DNA of 64,000 nucleotides from Corallococcus sp. NCRR (GTDB lineage Bacteria; Myxococcota; Myxococcia; Myxococcales; Myxococcaceae). Of the stretch, positions 56,165-64,000 are shown piece after piece (position 1 is the stretch's first letter; every line of letters begins with the position of its first letter). The translations under genes and the position numbers were made by a program. The notes below the pieces were generated by a model. It was given only the letters and a program-made list of their open reading frames with translations, was not told where the DNA came from and did not search any database. Location of the stretch: assembly GCF_026965535.1 (NCBI RefSeq), contig NZ_CP114039.1, positions 7,907,461-7,971,460 on the forward strand, written 5' to 3'.

Positions 56165-59100
56165 TCAGCGATGGATGGTCGCGGCGCTGGCCTCCGCGCG
56201 GGGCGTGCTTCGCGCGGCGGGTGGCGCCACCAGGCCGGAGAGGAGCTCACGGAGTTCCCGGGCCTGGGTGACGTAGTCGCGCACGGCGGCGCGCTGGGGG
56301 TTCTGGTACCGGGCCAGACGCTCCGGGTGGGCCATCAGGTCGCGCAGCACGCGGCGGTAGCCGTCGGCGTCACCCATGTCCAGGACGTTGCCGTTGACGC
56401 CCTCCACGATGTCCTCGCTGACGCCGCCCGACGCCGTGGTGACCACCCACACGTTCCGGGCCAGGGCCTCGCGCACCGCCAGCCCGAAGCTCTCCTTCCA
56501 CTGTGAAGGCATCAGCAGCACGTCCACTCCGTCGAAGAAGGCGTCCAGCCCGTCCTGGTCATACGGAGGCACCACCTCCACCTGGCCCTTCACCTTCCAT
56601 TCCTTCGCGTCGATGGAGGCCGACCCCATGCGCAGCTGGATGTCCGTCATCTTCAGGACCCAGTTGGACTCATGCACCGACTCCATGAGGTCCTTGAGCC
56701 AGAAGTACCCCTTGTGCACCGCGCGGCCGCCCAGGTAGGCGAAGCGCACCGGAGCGTTCGCGGGGCGCGAGGCGCGCTCGCGGTGGGGCATCAGCACGCC
56801 GTTCTTGTTCACGACGATGCGCTCCGGCGCGACGCCGTTGGCGATGTAGAGCTGGCGCTGGAACTCGCTGGGCGTCAGCAGCAGGGCCGCGCCGTCCAGC
56901 ACCTTGCGCAGGGCGAAGGTGCGCGTGAAGGTGTAGCGCGAGTCCGGCACGCACTTGGAGCACACCCGCAGGTCGATGCCCTTCTGGTTGCAGTACGTGG
57001 CGTCCTCGCGGACCATGAACTGCCGCTCGCACAGCCACCACGCGTCATGCAGGGTGATGGTGTACGGGATGCCCTCCGCGACGCACGCCGTGGCGAGCGC
57101 GGAGCTCAAGAGCTGGATGGAGTGGAAGTGCACCACGTCCGGGCGCACCGCCTTGAGCACCTGGGTGAAGGTCTCCCCGATGCGCGGGTTCTGGTACTCC
57201 TGGGCGCGGTCGGTCTGGGGCGGCACCTGCGTGGCGATGACCGGCAGGCCCAGCGCCTCGTAGCGCACCACCGAATAGGCGGGCAGCGGCGAGTTCAGGA
57301 TGCCGGTGAACACGGTGACGTCGCAGCCCTCCTCCTTCAGCCGGTGCGCCACCTGCTCCGCGACGATGGTGGCCCCTCCGAAGCTCAAGGGCGCGAAGAG
57401 GATGTTGGCCTCCAGCACCTTGAGGCGCGGCGGCGGCGCGGGCGGCAGGTGCTGGAGGATGGGCTGCAGCCGCTCCGTGGCCACCACCGCGGGGTGGTAG
57501 CGCGCCGTCACGCTGCGGTGGGCCTCCTCGCCCATGCGCTTGCGCAGCGCCGCGTCCTGCACCAGCGCCGAGAGCGCGGACTCCCACTCCTCGCGGGTGG
57601 TGGCGATGAAGCCGTTGTTGCCGTGGTCGATGATCTCCCGGAACGGCCCGGCGCCGGAGCACACCGCGGGCACGCGGAAGATGGACGCCTCGATGAACTT
57701 GATGTTGCTCTTGGCGTCGTTGAAGACCGTCTGCTCCAGCGGCGCGATGGAGATCTGCCAGGACGCGAGCGCGCGCAGGTAGTCGTCCGCGTCCAGGAAC
57801 GGGATGCGGAAGACGCGGTCGGAGAAGCGCTGGAAGCCCTCCGGCAGCTCCAGGAAGCCGTGGATGGCCAGGCGCACGTTCGGATGGCGCTCCATCACCG
57901 CGAGGATGGCGTCGGCGGCGATGGTGAAGTCGGCGTCGTGCGTGCGCGTGCCGCTGCCGTAGCCGATGGTGACCGTGTCCGCGTCCACCACGGGCGGGCG
58001 CACTTCCATCTCCCGGGCCAGCTCCAGGATGCCTTCGTCCAGGCAGTTCTCGACGACGTAGACCTTGCCGGAGACGACCTTGCCCATCTCCCTGGCGATG
58101 GTGGGCGTGCTGGCGATGGCGTGCTCACACAGGCTGAGCGCCTTGCGGTAGAGCTTCGCGCCGTTGAGCAGCAGCTCGCGCTCGGCGGCGGGCAGCCGCT
58201 GCACGTTGGAGTTCCGCCGGTACTCCTCCTCATCGAAGATGAGGTCGTCGACGTCGAAGAAGTGCGGGATGCCCAGGCGTTTGGTCTCCGCGAGCAGCAC
58301 CTCCACGTCGGGGAAGGCGGGCACGCGGTAGTAGATGACCAGGCCGTGGAACTGGAGCGCGGCCTTGCACTCCGCGTGGTCGGTCCAGCGCAGGACGGTG
58401 ACGTCGTACCCCAGCCGCTGGAACATCGCGACCTTCTGATCCACGCGGTAGCGCTTGCACTGGGGCAGCGACAGCTCCGCGATGATGAGGATGCGCCGGC
58501 CCTGGCTGGCCTGGGAGATCCGCGTCAGCGGCGCGGTCCACGGAGCCGGGAGCGCGGGCGGCGCGCTCGGGACCGGGGCCGCGATCGCCGCGGTGGGGGT
58601 GACGGGAGCGGCCGGCGTGAGGGCGGCCCTGGCGGCACGCAGCGCCTGGAGCGCGCTCTGCTTCGCGGGCAGCTTGATCAGCTTCGCGCCCACCTTGTGC
58701 AGCGTGCCCTTGCTCTTCTGGTAGAGGTGGCCGCGCTTCGTTCCGGGGGGCAGCACGCGCTCGCGCATGGCCCAGTAGCGGTTGATGGCCTTCCAGGCGA
58801 GGCTGCCGTTGATGTGCGCCAGCTCCGAGCCCTGGCGCGCCACGTGCGCATCCAGCTCGAAGATGCGTGCGTTCTTGCGGCCCAGCTCTTCCTGGAGCAT
58901 CCGCTGGCTCAGGCCCAGCCGCGCGATCCGGCGCTCGGACTCGCGCAGGGTCTGCGCCGCTTCCAGCGCCTGCTCGCGGGCGGCGTCCAGTTCCGCCTGG
59001 AGCCGCTGCGCGTGGAGCGCCTGGTCCGCGACCTGCCGCTCCTTCTCACCGTAGGCGCTGAGCAGGTGCTGCTCGTGCAGTTGGAGCGTCAGGCGCGAGC

Positions 59101-59782
59101 CCAGCGTGGCGAAGGCCTGCCGCACGCGTTCGCGCTCCGCGTCCCGGGTGCTCGTCAGGGCCTTCATCCCTTCCGGCTGCTCCGGGCCCACGGCGAGCAC
59201 GCCCAGACCGTAGCCGTGCTCGAACTCGAAGGAGGGATACTGGTTCCGGAGTTCCTCCCACAGCCGCCAGACACCGAAGCCGCGCTCGCGCGTATGGGTG
59301 TCGTGGAAGAGGATGACGCCGCGCGCGCTCATCTTGGGGCGCCAGCGCTCGAAGTCCGCCTTCACCTGGGCGTATTCGTGACAGCCGTCGATGTGGAGCA
59401 GGTCGATGGAGCCGTCCGCGAAGTGGCTCACGGCCTCGTCGAAGGTCATCGCGTGCAGCTGCGAGAACCGGCTGTAGAGCGGGTCATGGTGCGCGCGCAG
59501 GTCCGCGAGCACGTCCGGTCCGTAGAAGCCCGCGTGCGGGTCGCCCTTCCACGTGTCCACCGCGTGGCAGCGCGTCTCCAGCTTCAGCGCGTCCACCGTC
59601 TGGCAGAACGCGGAGTAGGACACGCCGGTGTGCGTTCCCAGCTCCACCAGCGTCGCGGGACGCAGCAGGTCCACCAGGAACATCGCGAAGGGGACGTGCT
59701 CCACCCAGGCAGAGGATGCCAGCAGCCGCAGGGGCTGCGTCAGGCAGAGGGGGTGTTCCAGGGGATTGAGCTGTGAATGCAT
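56165..59782 (-). CDS. Multidomain methyltransferase (CmcI/TylF-like) / coiled-coil / tandem GT-B glycosyltransferase protein
   Basis: N-terminal [26 protein letters not shown]...[33 protein letters not shown]; central coiled coil; two group-1 glycosyltransferase-like domains; ATG at 59782. Confidence 0.75.
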   Translation of the reverse strand: MHSQLNPLEHPLCLTQPLRLLASSAWVEHVPFAMFLVDLLRPATLVELGTHTGVSYSAFCQTVDALKLETRCHAVDTWKGDPHAGFYGPDVLADLRAHHDPLYSRFSQLHAMTFDEAVSHFADGSIDLLHIDGCHEYAQVKADFERWRPKMSARGVILFHDTHTRERGFGVWRLWEELRNQYPSFEFEHGYGLGVLAVGPEQPEGMKALTSTRDAERERVRQAFATLGSRLTLQLHEQHLLSAYGEKERQVADQALHAQRLQAELDAAREQALEAAQTLRESERRIARLGLSQRMLQEELGRKNARIFELDAHVARQGSELAHINGSLAWKAINRYWAMRERVLPPGTKRGHLYQKSKGTLHKVGAKLIKLPAKQSALQALRAARAALTPAAPVTPTAAIAAPVPSAPPALPAPWTAPLTRISQASQGRRILIIAELSLPQCKRYRVDQKVAMFQRLGYDVTVLRWTDHAECKAALQFHGLVIYYRVPAFPDVEVLLAETKRLGIPHFFDVDDLIFDEEEYRRNSNVQRLPAAERELLLNGAKLYRKALSLCEHAIASTPTIAREMGKVVSGKVYVVENCLDEGILELAREMEVRPPVVDADTVTIGYGSGTRTHDADFTIAADAILAVMERHPNVRLAIHGFLELPEGFQRFSDRVFRIPFLDADDYLRALASWQISIAPLEQTVFNDAKSNIKFIEASIFRVPAVCSGAGPFREIIDHGNNGFIATTREEWESALSALVQDAALRKRMGEEAHRSVTARYHPAVVATERLQPILQHLPPAPPPRLKVLEANILFAPLSFGGATIVAEQVAHRLKEEGCDVTVFTGILNSPLPAYSVVRYEALGLPVIATQVPPQTDRAQEYQNPRIGETFTQVLKAVRPDVVHFHSIQLLSSALATACVAEGIPYTITLHDAWWLCERQFMVREDATYCNQKGIDLRVCSKCVPDSRYTFTRTFALRKVLDGAALLLTPSEFQRQLYIANGVAPERIVVNKNGVLMPHRERASRPANAPVRFAYLGGRAVHKGYFWLKDLMESVHESNWVLKMTDIQLRMGSASIDAKEWKVKGQVEVVPPYDQDGLDAFFDGVDVLLMPSQWKESFGLAVREALARNVWVVTTASGGVSEDIVEGVNGNVLDMGDADGYRRVLRDLMAHPERLARYQNPQRAAVRDYVTQARELRELLSGLVAPPAARSTPRAEASAATIHR

Positions 59783-59932
59783 GGTCGTGGCGTCCGGAAG
59801 GCCGACCCTCGCAGCAGGCAAGGCACGCCCCCCTCTCCTTGGCGGATGTCCTCCATGTCATCCCCCTCCGGGAGCGTCAAGGCTGGCAGGCCGCCCGCCC
59901 CCCTTGGGAGAAGGCGCGTTCGTTGTTCTTTT

Positions 59933-62200
59933 CTACGGTGTCTGGACGAAGTCGAGGCGCGGGTGGCCGGAAGGGTCGGTCCGTCCCGCGCGAGCCCATG
60001 TTTCACGCAGCCGGTCCGCGTCGCGGGCAGCCGCGTGTGCGCCCTTCCGCGAACGGGTACGCACGAGTCGCGCGTGGGGTGCGTAGAGGATGCGCAGTCC
60101 GGCTTCGCCCGCGCGCAGGCACAGGTCCACGCCCCGGGCCTCGTCGGACATGAAGGCCGCGTCCCAACCTCCGAGTGACTCCAGGACCTCGCGGCGGATC
60201 ATCGCGCAGGCGCTGGAGACGGCGCGCACGTCGCGCGGCCAATGCGAGCCGCCGAATGCGCCGAGCGTGGGATCGAGCATCCCCGCGAAGGGGCGCAGCA
60301 CCCGGCCCTCGGCGTCGAAGCGCAGCCCGGCCTCCAGCACCTGTCCCGCGGGAGAGACGATGCGCGCGCCCACCACGCCGACGTCGCGGCGCAATGCCTG
60401 CGATGCGAGCTCTCTCAGCCACCCCGGTCCGGTCGGGAGCGTGCCGGCCTCCAGGACGAGGATGAGCTCGCCCCGGGCCTCGCGCAGCAGCCGGTTCGCC
60501 ACGGCGCCCGGGGTCGCGTCCGCGTCCACCTGGACGTGGATGACGTCGCGAGTGGAGGAAGCGACAGGAGACGCAACAGGGATGCGGACCTCCACGTCCA
60601 GGTCGTCCGTGAAGGCGAGGAGCGCCGCGAGCTCGGACCCGGTGGGCGCCTCCGACAGCAGCACGGACACCCTCGGGCGGCCCACGAGCGGGTGGCGGAT
60701 CCGGTACAGCCCGGGGGCGACGGTCTCCGCCGAGCCGCCCTCCCCCATGCGCGCCAGGTGCTCCGCCACGGCCCTGCGGCCCGCTTCGGAGGCGGCGGGC
60801 TTCGCGCTGGCGTCCGTGGCGGTGGAGCCGGGCAGCGTCCTCCAGTGATAGAGCACGCGGGGGATGTGCTCGAAGCGCTGTGTGCGCTCCATCAGGCGCA
60901 GGAGCAGGTCATGGTCCTGCGCTCCCTCGAAGCCCGTGCGGATGCCCCCTACTTCGCGCAGCAGCGATGCGCGCACCACGAGGAAGTGGCACACGTAATT
61001 CACCGCGCGCAGCAGCTCCGGGGACAGCGCGGGCTTCAGGTAGGGCGCGAAGCGCAGGCCCCGCGCGTCCACCTTGTCCTCGTCCGAGTAGACGACGTCC
61101 GCGTCCGGAGCATCTCCCAGCCGCAGCGCGACCTCGGCCAATGCATGCGGCGCGAGCAGGTCGTCGTGGTCGAGGAAGCCCACGTACTCCCCGGTGGCCA
61201 GGGCCAGCGCGGCGTTGGTCGCGCGGGCGATGCCCTGGTTCGACTCCAGCCGCTCGAAGCGGATCCGCGCGTCCCCGGCCGCGGCCTCACGTAGCGCTTC
61301 CGCCACCGCCGCCGAGCGCGAGCCGTCATCCACGATGCACAGCTCCCAGTGCGGGTACACCTGCGCTCGCACGGACGCGATGCATGCGCGGAGGACGTCC
61401 ACGGGCGTCTCCCAGGCGGGAGTGATCAGGCTGATCCGCGGCTGGCGCTCCAGCCGGGCCAGCGCGGCGGTCGCGGCGCGGACCTCACGGTCTTCCTGTG
61501 CCAGAGCCTCGCGCGTGTACGTCTCCGGTGAGGGAAACAGCACGGCGGGACGGGCCGCGTCCAACAGGTGCCGCAACAGGCGGACGGTCGCGTGATTGAA
61601 GGCGACCTGCCGCCGCCACAGCTCGCGCCAAAGTGGCAGGCCCACCACGCCGGCCTCTTGCGACAGCACGTCGCAGCGGGCCTCCAGCGCGTCCAGTGCC
61701 TCGGCGGCGCCGTCGGTCCGAAGGGGCCACCCGGCCCTGGAGAGCAAGGCCACGACCGCGAGGTTCCAGGACCGCTGCGCCTCCAGCCCCGGCACGGAGG
61801 GAAGCCACCGGCCCACCGCGCCCACGGGCCGAGGATCCGCGAGTCGCGTGAGCTCCTCGCGGGCCAGCTCCGGCAGCGTCGGTTCCGGTTGCCGGAGCAA
61901 CGCCCTCAGCCGCAGGTCGAAGCGCAGCTGGCGGTCCAGCACCCACCGTTGCAGGGGCGAAAGCCCCCGCGTCCCCCACCGTTTGGCGGCCGTGATGACC
62001 GGGCCCCAACGTGCGCGGTGCGACCGCGGCACGTCGAAGCCCAGCACCTCGACGAAGTCATCGTGCGGCGGATGCGCTCGAGCGCCGGGATGTCCCGACG
62101 CGGCCTGCGTGGCGAAGGATGGCATCCGGTCGGCCTCGTCCAACGTCGCGACCTCGACGCCAGGTGTCTCCGGCGGGCCCTCGCTGTCGGGGGTGCCCAT
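59933..62200 (-). CDS. Glycosyltransferase family 2 protein (tandem GT-A domains)
   Basis: ISLITPAWETPVDVLRACIASVRAQVYPHWELCIVDDGS...GEYVGFLDHDDLLAP; a second GT-A-like region toward the C-terminus. Confidence 0.75.
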   Translation of the reverse strand: MGTPDSEGPPETPGVEVATLDEADRMPSFATQAASGHPGARAHPPHDDFVEVLGFDVPRSHRARWGPVITAAKRWGTRGLSPLQRWVLDRQLRFDLRLRALLRQPEPTLPELAREELTRLADPRPVGAVGRWLPSVPGLEAQRSWNLAVVALLSRAGWPLRTDGAAEALDALEARCDVLSQEAGVVGLPLWRELWRRQVAFNHATVRLLRHLLDAARPAVLFPSPETYTREALAQEDREVRAATAALARLERQPRISLITPAWETPVDVLRACIASVRAQVYPHWELCIVDDGSRSAAVAEALREAAAGDARIRFERLESNQGIARATNAALALATGEYVGFLDHDDLLAPHALAEVALRLGDAPDADVVYSDEDKVDARGLRFAPYLKPALSPELLRAVNYVCHFLVVRASLLREVGGIRTGFEGAQDHDLLLRLMERTQRFEHIPRVLYHWRTLPGSTATDASAKPAASEAGRRAVAEHLARMGEGGSAETVAPGLYRIRHPLVGRPRVSVLLSEAPTGSELAALLAFTDDLDVEVRIPVASPVASSTRDVIHVQVDADATPGAVANRLLREARGELILVLEAGTLPTGPGWLRELASQALRRDVGVVGARIVSPAGQVLEAGLRFDAEGRVLRPFAGMLDPTLGAFGGSHWPRDVRAVSSACAMIRREVLESLGGWDAAFMSDEARGVDLCLRAGEAGLRILYAPHARLVRTRSRKGAHAAARDADRLRETWARAGRTDPSGHPRLDFVQTP

Positions 62201-62204
62201 CGGC

Positions 62205-63626
62205 TCAGCGCTCGCCGTCGCGTTTGAGCCGGTTCGCCAGGGCCCGGAGCGTGCCGTGGACCCAGGGGATGCCGTGGACCCGGGCGTTCAGCGCGTCCAC
62301 CATCCGGTGCCGGAACTCACGGGCCTGGAGCGTCTCCTCGCGGATGCGCGCCACGGTGTCCACCCAGGCATCCAGCGGACGCACCAGCCAGGTCCCCGGA
62401 GCCACGGCGACCGCCCGCGGCTCGCCCGGCCCGCGCACCTCGCACGAAGCGATGCCGCCCAGGAACACCGGGGGGAACAGCGCCCCCATCCGCGCGGGCA
62501 GGTCCGCGAGTCCCGACTCCATCACCACCGGGAAGGGCCCGATGCGGCTCCGGTCGATGACCATCGCGTGGACGAGCTCCGGGTGCAGCACTAGGTGCTC
62601 CACCTCCAACCGGTCGCCCAGCGGGAACGGCACCTTCGCGCGCACGTAGGGCGGAGTTCCCTCACCGGCTGCCCACTCGGTGCGGAACGCCCGCGCCAAC
62701 GCCCAGGCCTCGCGGCCCGTCTGGAGCGCGCGCACCAACTCCACGTAGTGGCGCGGGTACACCACGCACCGCGCATCCACGAACGCCAGGTACTGTCCCC
62801 GGGCCTCGCGCACGGCCTCCGCGTACAGGGCTCCCACGGGCGCACGAACGGTGCGCGCCTGGAACGACCCCAACCTGCCGTAGCGCTCCAGCGCCGCCTC
62901 CGCGACGGACAGGTCCACGCCCTCGGGCGCCGCGAGCAGCAACTCCAGCGGCTGCTGCTCCTGACAGGCCAACGCGAACAGGGTCTCATCCAGCGCTGAG
63001 TCCCGCGTGCCCGGATCCACCATGACGACGACACTGAGCAGCCCCGCCACCGTCGCGCGCACGGGCCCGTCCGGCACCGCGACGTAGAGCCCCTCCTCCA
63101 CCTGCGTGGACGGCGACAACTGGACCAGCAGCGCCCGCAGCGCCCGCGCCGTGTCCTCCGCCAGCGCCGTGCCTCCGGACGCGCACGGCACCACCTCGCG
63201 GTGCGCCAGGCGGTAGCCCGCCTCGGCCAGCCGCCGCAGCATCCGCTGTTCGGAGAGACCCGCGCGCACCGGCGCCTCACCGGTCAGCGCGCCCAGCAGC
63301 GCCCGCGCCGAGCCCGCGTTGCGCAGGCTGAACACCAGCTCCGCCCCCGGCGCCTCGCGCCGCAGCGCCTCCAGCCCGTCTTCCAGCACCCGGTCGACCG
63401 CGTCGCCCTCCAGCACCACCAGCGCCGGCGCGGGCCCCCTGCCCCGCTTCCACTCCGGCCCCGGCAGCTCCCGCACGGCGGCGCCCCGCGCACGCAGGGC
63501 CTCCGCCAGCGCTGGCGACGCGCCCACGAGGGTCACCGCCGTGCCCGCGCCCGCACGCGACAGCACCAGCTCCATCCACCGCGCGGACGCGGCGGACGGG
63601 GGCGCCGCTTCGGAAAGAGCGTTCAC
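62205..63626 (-). CDS. Hypothetical glycosyltransferase-associated protein (degenerate GT-A / methyltransferase-like)
   Basis: Operonic, 4 nt from the downstream gene; LAFVDARCVVYPRHYVEL resembles a GT-A DxD region; otherwise no clear motif. Confidence 0.5.
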   Translation of the reverse strand: MNALSEAAPPSAASARWMELVLSRAGAGTAVTLVGASPALAEALRARGAAVRELPGPEWKRGRGPAPALVVLEGDAVDRVLEDGLEALRREAPGAELVFSLRNAGSARALLGALTGEAPVRAGLSEQRMLRRLAEAGYRLAHREVVPCASGGTALAEDTARALRALLVQLSPSTQVEEGLYVAVPDGPVRATVAGLLSVVVMVDPGTRDSALDETLFALACQEQQPLELLLAAPEGVDLSVAEAALERYGRLGSFQARTVRAPVGALYAEAVREARGQYLAFVDARCVVYPRHYVELVRALQTGREAWALARAFRTEWAAGEGTPPYVRAKVPFPLGDRLEVEHLVLHPELVHAMVIDRSRIGPFPVVMESGLADLPARMGALFPPVFLGGIASCEVRGPGEPRAVAVAPGTWLVRPLDAWVDTVARIREETLQAREFRHRMVDALNARVHGIPWVHGTLRALANRLKRDGER

Positions 63627-64000
63627 CAGCGCCTCCGGGCGAACTCCAGGTGGTGCCTGAAGTCCGCGATGCCCGCGAGCTTGCGCCCGGGCTTGACGAT
63701 GTCGGGCGTCTGGAACGGCTCGCCGCCCAGCCGCGCGTACTCCCGCAGGCGGTCATTCATGAAGGCCGCGTCCCCGTACTTCGCCCCGAGCAGGGCCGCG
63801 CTGCGGCGGACCATCCGCTCGCGCACCGGGCTCTCCTCGCGGGTGACGGTGTAGTGGTGCACCAGCGCGGCGGGCGCCACCCGGATGGACAACCCGTACG
63901 CCCTCGCCCGCCACGACAGGTCCACGTCCTCGCAGTACATGAAGAAGCGCTCGTCGAAGCCTCCCACGCGCGCGTGCAGCGTCCGCGTCACCAGCAGCAC
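63623..64000 (-). CDS. Glycosyltransferase family 2, C-terminal fragment (gene continues beyond window end)
   Basis: GGFDERFFMYCEDVDLSWRARAYG typical GT2 C-terminal motif; ATGA overlap with the downstream gene. Confidence 0.7.
   Translation of the reverse strand: MLLVTRTLHARVGGFDERFFMYCEDVDLSWRARAYGLSIRVAPAALVHHYTVTREESPVRERMVRRSAALLGAKYGDAAFMNDRLREYARLGGEPFQTPDIVKPGRKLAGIADFRHHLEFARRRW

Overview
The window is 64 kb of a high-GC (about 65-72%) chromosome that looks myxobacterial: it has two MYXO-CTERM sorting tails, a TIGR02265/DUF2378-like paralogue, many lipoproteins, Ser/Thr kinases and Kelch beta-propellers. I can support about 48 protein-coding genes. I found no rRNA or tRNA genes and no CRISPR array. 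Several long ORFs in the supplied track are Arg/Gly-rich antisense artefacts of real genes. The track evidently allows GTG starts and prints them as M.

Layout by coordinate:
- 0.4-7.3 kb: a DUF4142 lipoprotein, a Ser/Thr protein kinase, two secreted hypothetical proteins, and a Pat-like fusion of an NDP-forming acyl-CoA synthetase to a GNAT acetyltransferase.
- 7.5-11.9 kb: a giant Kelch / Ig-like / MYXO-CTERM surface protein.
- 12-16.6 kb: an NmrA-like reductase with a divergent LysR regulator, a DUF2378-like gene, an MnmD-like methyltransferase and a hypothetical gene.
- 16.6-18.3 kb: a small lower-GC islet. It encodes a lipoprotein whose C-terminal half drops in GC and carries a PD-(D/E)xK-like motif, followed by an overlapping downstream gene. 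I read this as a candidate polymorphic lipoprotein toxin plus immunity pair.
- 18.4-23.4 kb: an operon of a second Kelch / HYR / MYXO-CTERM protein and an OmpA protein with thrombospondin type-3 repeats.
- 23.5-31 kb: a HAD hydrolase, a sugar O-acetyltransferase, a TetR regulator, a transglutaminase-like-core protein, a Cho/UvrC-like GIY-YIG protein, tgt and an ABC-F ATPase.
- 31.0-40.4 kb (possibly to about 43 kb): a modestly lower-GC island that is the most interesting region. Three co-directional, tightly packed genes encode:
  1. a roughly 1730-aa DUF4011 / SF1 helicase / DUF3320 (Vsr/DUF559-like nuclease) protein, resembling the single-gene Hhe defence protein;
  2. an N-terminally membrane-anchored coiled-coil / DUF4041 / T5orf172 (GIY-YIG-superfamily) protein;
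  3. a SIR2_2-family protein with a Pro/Ser linker, one transmembrane helix and an extra C-terminal domain.
  A Cys-rich lipoprotein, a pentapeptide-repeat protein and a hypothetical protein follow. I propose this as a candidate undescribed composite anti-phage system.
- 43-49.4 kb: a degenerate Ser/Thr pseudokinase overlapping a divergent beta-lactamase-family serine hydrolase, a GST / HxlR pair, a second Cys-rich lipoprotein paralogue, a cytochrome P460-like CXXCH protein and a YihY membrane protein.
- 49.6-64 kb: a dTDP-rhamnose (rmlBDAC) polysaccharide cluster with a GT4, several GT2 genes, SAM methyltransferases and a 1205-aa methyltransferase / double-glycosyltransferase fusion.
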